The translations under genes and the position numbers were made by a program. A model generated the notes under the pieces. The model had not been told where the DNA came from. It saw only the letters and a program-made list of their open reading frames with translations, and did no database searches. A DNA stretch of 64,000 nt from Candidatus Latescibacterota bacterium (lineage in GTDB: Bacteria; Latescibacterota; UBA2968), in assembly GCA_965204745.1 (NCBI GenBank), contig OZ242010.1, forward strand, positions 4,288,001 to 4,352,000, given 5' to 3'. Below, piece by piece: positions 19,792-28,393 of the stretch. Within the stretch, counting starts at the first letter, position 1. Each line of letters starts with the position of its first letter.

Positions 19792-20865
19792 ATGGCAGAA
19801 TACGATACGATTCCCAAGCAGTTGATGCACCTCTACCCGCAAGACCTCATCCGCTTGGCACTCGGACGCGAGGATGTCGAAATTGAAGTTGAAGAAGTCC
19901 TCGACACCGAACTCCCCAAGGTGGAAACGCGCCTGGTCGATAGCCTCATGCGCGTGCGGATCGATGGCGAGGAAGCCTTGATCCACATCGAATTTCAAAC
20001 CTCGGATAGCGCGAATATGGCTCGTCGCATGGCTTCCTATATCATCCGCCTCATCGAGCAGTATGACTTGCCGGTCTATTCCTTTGTCATCTATCTGCGT
20101 CCCAATGCCGGGCGGAGCGATAAGGGATTTTTTCGCCAAGATCATGCGGACTTCCCCGTGCTGGTGCGCTACAAGGTGATTCGGTTGAGCGAGCTGGATG
20201 GGCGCGGCATTCTTGAAGGCGACCAGGCCGGCTTGCTTCCTTTCGCGCCGTTGATGAAGCCGCCTGTGGGGATGGGTTCCGAGGACTGGTTGCGTGCGTG
20301 TGTTCGCAAGGGCGATTCGGTTTCGTTGGATGAGGCAGACAAGGCGAATTATTTGGGTAGCTTGGCGGTCTTGAGTGGGTTGGCGTATGATCCTGCCACC
20401 ATCAACCGAATTTTTTCCCAGGAGGGTTTTATGGACGCGATTATGCGTGAGTCATCGTTTGCCCAGTACCTCGAGGAGCAGTTCAAGGAACAGTTTCTTG
20501 AGCAGGGCATTGAGCAGGGCATCGAGCGCGGCATTGAGCAGGGAATCGAGCAGGGCATCGAGCAGGGAATCGAGCAGGGCATCGAGCGCGGCATCGAGCA
20601 GGGAATCGAGCAGGGAATCGAGCAGGGAATCGAGCAGGGAATCGAGCAGGGAATCGAGCAGGGCATTGAGCGCGGGGGTAGAGAACATACCATTGCCGCT
20701 ATCCTCGACGTGTTGGAGATTCGCTTTGATGTGGTCGTTGCCGGTCAGTCCGCCGCTCGCATTGCGACCATCGACGATTTGCCGAGGCTCAAGCGGTTGC
20801 ATCGTGCAGCGGTGCAAGCGGATGATCTGGCGGCCTTTCAGCGCGTGTTGGATGCGGAAGCCTAA
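19792..20865 (+). CDS. Rpn/YhgA-like PD-(D/E)XK nuclease, copy 2
   Basis: Near-identical N-terminal domain; different repeat number and C-terminal tip (GGREHTIAAILDVLEIRF). Confidence 0.9.
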   Translation: MAEYDTIPKQLMHLYPQDLIRLALGREDVEIEVEEVLDTELPKVETRLVDSLMRVRIDGEEALIHIEFQTSDSANMARRMASYIIRLIEQYDLPVYSFVIYLRPNAGRSDKGFFRQDHADFPVLVRYKVIRLSELDGRGILEGDQAGLLPFAPLMKPPVGMGSEDWLRACVRKGDSVSLDEADKANYLGSLAVLSGLAYDPATINRIFSQEGFMDAIMRESSFAQYLEEQFKEQFLEQGIEQGIERGIEQGIEQGIEQGIEQGIERGIEQGIEQGIEQGIEQGIEQGIEQGIERGGREHTIAAILDVLEIRFDVVVAGQSAARIATIDDLPRLKRLHRAAVQADDLAAFQRVLDAEA

Positions 20866-20891
20866 CGCGATTCCCTGTCAGGAGGCGTCTC

Positions 20892-21977
20892 ATGGCAGAA
20901 TACGATACGATTCCCAAGCAGTTGATGCACCTCTACCCGCAAGACCTCATCCGCTTGGCTCTCGGACGCGAGGATGTCGAAATTGAAGTTGAAGAAGTCC
21001 TCGATACCGAACTCCCCAAGGTGGAAACGCGCCTGGTCGATAGCCTTATTCGCGTGCGGATCGATGGCGAGGAAGCCTTGATCCACATCGAATTTCAAAC
21101 CTCGGATAGCGCGAATATGGCTCGTCGCATGGCTTCCTATATCATCCGTCTCATCGAGCAGTATGACTTGCCGGTCTATTCCTTTGTCATCTATCTGCGT
21201 CCCAATGCCGGGCGGAGCGATAAGGGATTTTTTCGCCAAGATCATGCGGACTTTCCCGTGCTGGTGCGCTACAAGGTGATTCGGTTGAGCGAGCTGGACG
21301 GGCGCGGCATTCTTGAAGGCGACCAGGCCGGCTTGCTTCCTTTCGCGCCGTTGATGAAGCCGCCTGTGGGGATGGATTCCGAAGATTGGTTGCGCGCGTG
21401 TGTTCGCAAGGGCGATGAGGTTTCGTTGGATGAGGCAGACAAGGCGAATTATTTGGGTAGCTTGGCGGTCTTGAGTGGGTTGGCTTATGATCCTGCCACC
21501 ATCAACCGAATTTTTTCCCAGGAGGGTTTTATGGACGCGATTATGCGTGAGTCATCGTTTGCCCAGTACCTCGAGGAGCAGTTCAAGGAACAGTTTCTTG
21601 AGCAGGGCATTGAGCAGGGAATCGAGCGCGGCATCGAGCAGGGAATCGAGCAGGGAATCGAGCAGGGAATCGAGCAGGGAATCGAGCAGGGAATCGAGCA
21701 GGGAATCGAGCAGGGAATCGAGCAGGGAATCGAGCAGGGAATCGAGCAGGGAATCGAGCAGGGCATTGAGCAGGGAATCGAGCAGGGCGTTGAACGAGGC
21801 ATCCAAGAGAGCATCCGAGAAGCGTTGGCGATTCGCTTTGATGCAGGTGTGGCCGGTCAGTTCGCCGCTCGCATTGCGACCATCGACGATTTGCAACGGC
21901 TCAAGCAGTTGCTTCGCTCGGCGATGCAAGCGGATGATCTGACAGCCTTTCAGCGCGTGTTGGATGCGGAGATCTGA
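20892..21977 (+). CDS. Rpn/YhgA-like PD-(D/E)XK nuclease, copy 3
   Basis: As above, with the longest GIEQ tract. Confidence 0.9.
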   Translation: MAEYDTIPKQLMHLYPQDLIRLALGREDVEIEVEEVLDTELPKVETRLVDSLIRVRIDGEEALIHIEFQTSDSANMARRMASYIIRLIEQYDLPVYSFVIYLRPNAGRSDKGFFRQDHADFPVLVRYKVIRLSELDGRGILEGDQAGLLPFAPLMKPPVGMDSEDWLRACVRKGDEVSLDEADKANYLGSLAVLSGLAYDPATINRIFSQEGFMDAIMRESSFAQYLEEQFKEQFLEQGIEQGIERGIEQGIEQGIEQGIEQGIEQGIEQGIEQGIEQGIEQGIEQGIEQGIEQGIEQGVERGIQESIREALAIRFDAGVAGQFAARIATIDDLQRLKQLLRSAMQADDLTAFQRVLDAEI

Positions 21978-22083
21978 CGCGCATCCCTTAACGACACAAG
22001 CCTTCGCATGCTGACCCTGAACGAATCGATTCGGGGCCAGGCTATGCGAGGGCTTGTGCGTACATAGGACAATGGCGGGCGAT

Positions 22084-22126
22084 AACCGCAGGATATAAGA
22101 CGGGGCTAACGCACACGGCAGGGCGG
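22084..22126 (+). repeat. 43-bp direct repeat, right of the Rpn array
   Basis: Matches 18627-18669. Confidence 0.9.
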
Positions 22127-22217
22127 AGATGGGCTGGGTACGCACGGGTGGCGGCGCGGACGGGCACGCACGGGTGGAGAGTATGGGAGAAGTCACACCC
22201 ATGCGAGTCGCGCTGGC

Positions 22218-22246
22218 TTGACTTTGAAAGCAAAAGATACTAAACT
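22218..22246 (+). promoter_or_regulatory. Sigma70-like promoter of the MlaC-MMPL operon
   Basis: TTGACT-N17-TAAACT, followed by RBS gaggagagg before ATG 22288. Confidence 0.45.
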
Positions 22247-22287
22247 TGACGAAAGTTCAAGCGGTGTGGATACAATGAGGAGAGGTT

Positions 22288-22899
22288 ATGAATCTGGTGC
22301 TTCGGCAGGTGGTTTTGACGTGCGTTTTGATCGGCGCGGCAGTGGCGTCAGAGCAAGGCGATGCACTGCTCGAGATGGTCAAGAGCCGGGACCGGGCCAT
22401 TCAGGCTATCGTGCGATCAGAGACCGGGGGCGACACGGCCGAAGAGCGCGCCGAGCTCAAGGCCATCGTCGGCGAGTTGTTCGATTTTGAAACCTTTAGC
22501 CGGGAATCACTGGGGCGAGATTGGGCCGCGCGAACCGCAGCGGAGCGCGAGGAATTCATCGCCGTAAACCGGCGGTTGATCGAGAAAAATTACGCGGACC
22601 CCGCGCTTTATACCAAAGCGGAAAAGATCGACTACACGGGTGTGGAGGTCGAAGACGCCGAGGCTATCGTCAAAACCGAAGTGCATTACAAGCGCGAGAC
22701 GAGCACCATCGACTACAAACTCCACCTCGTCGAGGGCAAGTGGTTGATTTACGATATGGTCATCGACGAGTTGAGCGTTGCGCGCAGCAACCGGTCGCAG
22801 TTTCGTCGGGAGATCCGCAAATCCAATTTTGCCGGGTTGCTGAAAAAATTGAAGCAAAAACTGCGCGAAGACGCGGCGGATGAGAAAGGTGGCACTTAA
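22288..22899 (+). CDS. MlaC/Ttg2D (HpnM-like) periplasmic lipid-binding protein
   Basis: Signal peptide; FDFETFSRESLG; IDYKL...WLIYDMVIDELS...RSQF. Confidence 0.88.
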   Translation: MNLVLRQVVLTCVLIGAAVASEQGDALLEMVKSRDRAIQAIVRSETGGDTAEERAELKAIVGELFDFETFSRESLGRDWAARTAAEREEFIAVNRRLIEKNYADPALYTKAEKIDYTGVEVEDAEAIVKTEVHYKRETSTIDYKLHLVEGKWLIYDMVIDELSVARSNRSQFRREIRKSNFAGLLKKLKQKLREDAADEKGGT

Positions 22900-25326
22900 T
22901 TGATCAAAGCCTATTTTCGCTTTTTGGCGGGTTGGACGTATCGGCACTACAAAAGCATTCTTGTGGTGTCGATTTTGTTGACGGCCTTTTGTAGCATTTT
23001 TGCGTACAAACTCGGGCGCAAGCTCGAGACCGATATCGTGGCGCTGATCCCAGAAAATTATCAGAGCGTGAAAACCCTCGAAGAGATCAAACAGCGCGTC
23101 GGTGGCGTGGGCAGTTTGACGGTTTTGGTGCAAAGTCCGGATTTTGAGGCCAACACCCGGTTCGTCGAGGATTTGGCGCGCGAATTGAGGGGCGAGGAGT
23201 ACGCGCAATACATCAATTTTGTCGATTACAAGAACGACGTGGAATTTTATCGCAAAAACGCGCTACTGTTCATGGAAACGGACGATTTGGATGACATACT
23301 CACGCGCATCGACGACTACATCATCCAAGAAAAACTGAAATTGTCCCCCCTGTACATCGCGCTCGACGAAGACGAGGCCACGCTCGACTTTTCGGATATC
23401 GAAGCCAAGTATCGGTCGTCGGGCAATGGGCACGACGCGTATTACGTCAATCCGGACCGCACCATCTTGGCCTTGGAGGCCAAGGCCGCGGGCACGGTGA
23501 GCAACATCGGGTTTGCCACAGAGATGAAGCGGGTCATTCAAGCGGCTATCGACAAACTCAACCCGCGGCATTACCACGCCGAGATGCTGATCGAATACGG
23601 GGGGCCGTTCAAGAATAAGATCGACGAGTACGATACGATTTTGCGCGACGTGCGCTCCACGGCCATCGTCGCTGTTTTGGGCATTGTCGCGCTGTTGACG
23701 TTGTACTTCCGCCAACCCTGGGCGGCTTTTTTTGTCGCAGTGCCGCTGGTGATGGGCTTGGTTTGGGCCTTTGCCATCACCTATTGGGCTATCGGCAACT
23801 TGAACACGATGACCGTGTTTTTGTTCGTGATCTTGTTCGGACTGGGGATCGATTTTGGCATTCACATGTTTGCGCGCTACCTCGAGAGGCGCGTAGCACA
23901 GGGGGATGTGCAATCGTCTATCGAAACGATGTTGACCCAAACCGGGCAGGCCATCGTGACCGCCGCGCTGACCACGTCTATCGCGTTCTTCTCCTTGACC
24001 CTGACGGATTTTCGGGGGTTTTCCGAATTTGGATTTATCGTGGGCGTGGGCATTTTGATGTCGCTGGTGTCGATGACGACCGTGTTGCCGGCCGTGTTGG
24101 TGCTGGCGGACAAAAAATTGGGCTGGATCCGCATGCGGCCCGTTTGGGGGCACAACTGGGGCGGCGAGCGCGGGCATTTTCCATACCCGTGGCTCGTGCT
24201 TTTCTGCGCGTTGGTGATCACGGTCTATTTGGGCTGGCATTTGCGGGACATCGACTTCGAGTACGATTTTACCAACTTGCGCTCCAACTTGCCCGCGTCT
24301 GTCAAGGTCAAGCAGAAAATGGCGACGATTCCGAAATACGGCAATGAGTCGCAATCGTACAGCATCGTGCTGGCAGACAACAAAGCGGACCTCGACGAGA
24401 TCGTGGCGGCATTGGAAAAGAAAATGGCCGAAGACGACGAGACCCCGACCATCCACAAAGTGAAAACCCTGTGGACCGAGTTGCGCGAACAGGATGAGAA
24501 ATTGGCGATCATCGGCGAGATTCGCGCCTTGGTCAATGGCGAAGGCGCGAAGTTGATCCGCGGAGAACAAAAGGCCAAAGTCGATTCCCTGCGCGATTTG
24601 TTGGAGGTGCAAAAATTGGCGGTTGGGGATTTGCCGGAAAATTTGCTGAAGCAATTCGAGACCATCGACGGCAGCCAAGCCTACTTCGCGCAAATTTTGC
24701 CGAGCGTGCAGTTGCGAGATGGCAAAAAGGCGATTGCATTTGCCGAAGACACGCACGAGATCCGCACCGCGTCCGGCAAGGTGTTTTACTCGTCGAGTTC
24801 CAATATCATTTTTGCCGACATGCTGCGCCTGATGCTGCGCGACAGCCCGCGTGCGATAGTGTTGACGCTCTTGGTCGTCATGCTCATCGTGCTGATCGAT
24901 TTTCGCAGTTTTCGCGCCTTGCTGATCATCTTCCCCCTGGTCTGCGGCACGGTTTGGATGTGCGGGTCATTGTACTTGCAGGACGTCAAGCTCAATTTTT
25001 ACAATATCGTGGCATTGCCCACCATTATCGGCATGGGCATCGACAACGGCGTGCATCTGTACCACCGGTACCGAGAGGAAGGGCCGGGGTCGATGCCGCT
25101 CGTGTTGCGAAGCACAGGGGGCGCGATGCTGATTTCCATGCTGACGACGATGATCGGCTTTTTCGGGTTGATGACCGCGACCCATCCCGGGCTCAACGCG
25201 ATTGGCCGGTTGGCGATGATCGGGTTGTTGACGTGTTTTGTGACCGCGGTGCTGGTGTTGCCCGCGATTTTGGAAGTGCTCGAAGGCAAGAGGTGGCGGC
25301 GGGAAAATGGACAGAACGCGAAATAG
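22900..25326 (+). CDS. MMPL/RND-superfamily lipid transporter (HpnN-like)
   Basis: Two halves with GLGIDFGIH and GMGIDNGVH, about 12 TM helices. Confidence 0.9.
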   Translation: MIKAYFRFLAGWTYRHYKSILVVSILLTAFCSIFAYKLGRKLETDIVALIPENYQSVKTLEEIKQRVGGVGSLTVLVQSPDFEANTRFVEDLARELRGEEYAQYINFVDYKNDVEFYRKNALLFMETDDLDDILTRIDDYIIQEKLKLSPLYIALDEDEATLDFSDIEAKYRSSGNGHDAYYVNPDRTILALEAKAAGTVSNIGFATEMKRVIQAAIDKLNPRHYHAEMLIEYGGPFKNKIDEYDTILRDVRSTAIVAVLGIVALLTLYFRQPWAAFFVAVPLVMGLVWAFAITYWAIGNLNTMTVFLFVILFGLGIDFGIHMFARYLERRVAQGDVQSSIETMLTQTGQAIVTAALTTSIAFFSLTLTDFRGFSEFGFIVGVGILMSLVSMTTVLPAVLVLADKKLGWIRMRPVWGHNWGGERGHFPYPWLVLFCALVITVYLGWHLRDIDFEYDFTNLRSNLPASVKVKQKMATIPKYGNESQSYSIVLADNKADLDEIVAALEKKMAEDDETPTIHKVKTLWTELREQDEKLAIIGEIRALVNGEGAKLIRGEQKAKVDSLRDLLEVQKLAVGDLPENLLKQFETIDGSQAYFAQILPSVQLRDGKKAIAFAEDTHEIRTASGKVFYSSSSNIIFADMLRLMLRDSPRAIVLTLLVVMLIVLIDFRSFRALLIIFPLVCGTVWMCGSLYLQDVKLNFYNIVALPTIIGMGIDNGVHLYHRYREEGPGSMPLVLRSTGGAMLISMLTTMIGFFGLMTATHPGLNAIGRLAMIGLLTCFVTAVLVLPAILEVLEGKRWRRENGQNAK

Positions 25327-25335
25327 GATACGGCG

Positions 25336-26130
25336 ATGAATTTTTATTTGGGCTTGGGCATCAGCGCGGTCTCTGGGCTGTACACGTCTTTGTGGGGCGC
25401 GTTTAAGGACGCGCCCTACGAGGGGTTTAAGCGCGGCACATTTCCCCGAAGCGCGTATTTTCACCTAGCGATTTTTTGCGTCTTGTATTTCGCGCCCCTG
25501 CCCTGTCAGGCCGATTTTTTCGCGCTTGGATGGGTGCAGGTCTTTTTTTTACTCATGGGCATCGAGCGGTTTTTGGCCGAGCTTTACAAGGGGTTTTTCC
25601 GCACAGAAGATCAGGGCAAGTACTTCGTGCCGTCTCGCATTACGTTTTTCGGGCGGTACGTCGGCAGCGATGGCTTGCGCTATGTGGTGGGCAGCGCGCT
25701 GGTGCTCGGGGTTTTCGCGGTGCTGATGATTCCCACGCCGATAGCGTCGTTCTCGGGCTTTCTCCTGATCGCATATCTCACGGGCTTGCTGGTGTCCCTC
25801 GGCGGTGCGTACAAGGACGCGCCCTTCGAGGGTTTTCACGCGCTCAAATTTCAGCGGTCCTGCGTGGTGCTGGCGGTTTGCGCGCCCCTGTTTTACTTTT
25901 TGAACGATCCCCTGCATCCCATTTCCCTGGGCTTTTTGGTCTATATGAATGGCGGCTTGGAACGCTTTATCGTGGAGTATTACAAAACCTACGTCCAACG
26001 CACCATGTCCGGCAAGTTCCGCCCGGATTTGCCGCGCATTCAGCAGTATGTGGCTACGCGAGAAAAATTCCACTACGCGGCCCTCGCCATCATCGCGGGG
26101 TTGATTGGGTTGTACGTCTATGAGGTGTAA
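25336..26130 (+). CDS. Uncharacterised membrane protein with an internal two-fold repeat
   Basis: GAFKDAPYEGF / GAYKDAPFEGF and ERFLAELYK / ERFIVEYYK repeats; hydrophobic helices. Confidence 0.75.
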   Translation: MNFYLGLGISAVSGLYTSLWGAFKDAPYEGFKRGTFPRSAYFHLAIFCVLYFAPLPCQADFFALGWVQVFFLLMGIERFLAELYKGFFRTEDQGKYFVPSRITFFGRYVGSDGLRYVVGSALVLGVFAVLMIPTPIASFSGFLLIAYLTGLLVSLGGAYKDAPFEGFHALKFQRSCVVLAVCAPLFYFLNDPLHPISLGFLVYMNGGLERFIVEYYKTYVQRTMSGKFRPDLPRIQQYVATREKFHYAALAIIAGLIGLYVYEV

Positions 26131-26162
26131 GGCCGTTCGCGCTTTGGGCCGGGGGATGGGTT

Positions 26163-26312
26163 GGGACTGACAACTGACAGTATTCAGTGGTCAGCCCCCA
26201 CCTGCCCCTACCGCCCAAGTAGTCAGTAGTCAGTCCCCGCCCGCTCTCCACCGCTATGTTCGTTAGAATTAGTCAACTGACAACTGACAACTGACAACTG
26301 ACAACTGACAAC
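26163..26312. repeat. Inverted copy of the ~117-bp heptamer-associated element plus (TGACAAC)n
   Basis: Reverse complement of the unit at 45450-45566, followed by ~5 TGACAAC units. Confidence 0.85.
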
Positions 26313-27488
26313 GGCGTTGTTGCATAAATAGCAATTTCCTGCAAGTTGGGATAGCAAAAAGACAGGCTCCTTCGTAGATTGGGCATATAGATCAGCGAAA
26401 CAACTCACCCTTTCTCACCAGGAACCTGTCATGCCCAAGATAACCGCTTCCAAGACCGCCGTCAAGTCCCCGCGTCGCCCGCGCTGTGCGCCTGTCTATC
26501 GGGTTCGGAACTGGGCGGCCTATGAGGCCGGTCTCAAGCAGCGGGGCAGTCTGACGTTTTGGATTACGCCGCAAGCTCTTCGGGGGTGGTACCATCAAGG
26601 GCCAACGCAACGGGGGAGGCAAAACACCTTTTCAGATTTGGCTATTCAAACGGCGTTGATGGTGCGCTTGGTCTATGCCTTGCCCCTGCGTCAAACCGAG
26701 GGGTTTCTCACGTCCATCCTGGCGTTGATGGGGGTGGCTTTGCGCGTGCCCGATCATACGACCCTCTGCCGGCGACAGGGCGATTTGAATGTGGATTTAC
26801 CTGTCCAATCCCATCATGCGCCGATCCACTTAGTGGTGGATTCCACCGGCCTGAAAGTGTATGGCGAAGGGGAATGGAAGGTGCGTCAACACGGCTTTTG
26901 CAAGCACCGGACTTGGCGCAAATTGCACATCGGCGTCGATGAGGCCACCGGGGAGCTTGTCGCCCAGGCCCTGACCTCGGCAAGCGTTGATGACGCTTCG
27001 CAGGTCAAACCCTTGCTCGATCAAGTCCTGGCCCCTGTGATATGATGGGTGCAGATGGCGGCTATGACAAACGCAAGGTCTTCAACACATGCGCCGCCCC
27101 CAAACAAGGAGCCCCCATCCGACCCCTGATTCCCCCGCGCCATGACGCGAAAATTGAACAACACGGAAACAGGAAGGCCCCCCCCCCTCGCTCGCGATGA
27201 AATCATCCGAGCCATCCGGCGTCAAGGCCGCCGACAGTGGAAACGCACCCGTGGCTATCATCGTCGCTCGGTCGTTGAAACCCAACTATGCCGCTACAAA
27301 CAACTCATTGGGCGGCAGTTGCGCGCACGAAGTCAGGAGAACCAAGAAACGGAAGCGCGGTTGGGATGTGCGGTGCTCAATCGCATGATGAGGATCGCGA
27401 AACCCGTGTCCTATCCCAGAGAAAGAGGGGCTTAAATCTCGCGGGAAAGGGACGAACTTTGCCACGACAACATTTATGCAACAACGCC
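26313..27488 (+). mobile_element. IS5 family (IS903-like) insertion sequence, 1176 bp
   Basis: 17-bp terminal inverted repeats ggcgttgttgcataaat / atttatgcaacaacgcc enclosing a transposase. Confidence 0.92.
26431..27435 (+). pseudogene. IS5 family transposase with two frameshifts (~27040 and the C-run at ~27180)
   Basis: NWAAYEAGLKQRGSL, DSTGLKVYGEGEW and WRKLH in frame 1; ADGGYD in a second frame; GYHRRSVVET in a third. Confidence 0.88.
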
Positions 27489-27576
27489 GTTGTCAGTCGT
27501 CAGTTATCAGTCCGCCTAGCCCAAGCCCCAAGCAATCAGTGCTTAGTGGCGGGAGGCCAAAGGCGGATGGCTTTTT

Positions 27577-28389
27577 TCACGGCTTTGCAAACAGAAACGC
27601 GGCGAGGCCCAAAACCATCCCCGCTTTGAGAAGATGGCTCAGAAAATTGAGTTCGCGTTGCCACAAGCGGATGAGGACAAAGATGAGCAGAACGTCTAAG
27701 GCGATAATCAGGCCGAGATACACCGGGCCATAAATGCCGATGAGCGCGGGCAATGGGGTCGCGATGATGAGCAGGGCAAAAATACTGGTGATCAAAACGC
27801 GCGTGCAGGGTTCGCCCCAAGCAATGGCCGTGGTGCTGCCCGGCAACTGGCGGTCGCCCGCGCTGTCCTCCAAGTCTTTGAGCAACTCGCGGCCCAAGTG
27901 AAACAGGAACGCAAACCCCGCAACGAGCCACGGCGCAGCCATGGCTTGCACAGCCGCGCCCCCGTACAGAAATGCCAATCCCCCGAGCGCGCTGACCATC
28001 ACATTGCCGATCAGGGGCACGCGCTTGAGATGCGTATTGTACACGATCAGACTTGCTATGGCAACGAGGGCCATGGCGAGCGCGGATGTCGGCAAAGCAC
28101 AGGCGATCAGGAAACCAGCGACAAACAAGAGGCCCATTTCCACGCGCGCAAATGCAGGGGACAAGCGGCCCGATGGCAACGGACGATGCGGTTTGTTCAG
28201 CCGGTCTTCCGCGACGCCGCACAGGTCATTGTGTACATTCCCTCCCCCCACAATCAGCGCGGCGGACAGCGCGGCGAAAATCAGGGGTTGCGTAACTTCG
28301 CGGATGCCCAACCACCCCCCGAGCAACACAGCCGCAAAGGCGATGAGGCAGTTGATCGGCCGCGGGAGTTCGAGGGCCGCATAATTCAT
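27577..28389 (-). CDS. UbiA prenyltransferase, DGGGP-synthase-like
   Basis: RPINC, ND....EDRLNKPHRPLPSG, YNTHLK, RELLKDLEDSAGD. Confidence 0.82.
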   Translation of the reverse strand: MNYAALELPRPINCLIAFAAVLLGGWLGIREVTQPLIFAALSAALIVGGGNVHNDLCGVAEDRLNKPHRPLPSGRLSPAFARVEMGLLFVAGFLIACALPTSALAMALVAIASLIVYNTHLKRVPLIGNVMVSALGGLAFLYGGAAVQAMAAPWLVAGFAFLFHLGRELLKDLEDSAGDRQLPGSTTAIAWGEPCTRVLITSIFALLIIATPLPALIGIYGPVYLGLIIALDVLLIFVLIRLWQRELNFLSHLLKAGMVLGLAAFLFAKP

Positions 28390-28393
28390 GGCA

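Noticed and set aside
19333-22202. Antisense and alternate-frame repeat ORFs (SIPC, LLDS, SSRE)
   Set aside because: Shadows of the 12-bp GIEQ repeats in the rpn genes.
27043-27045. Selenocysteine TGA in the transposase, given selAB nearby
   Set aside because: Homology continues in a different frame, so this is a frameshift and not read-through.
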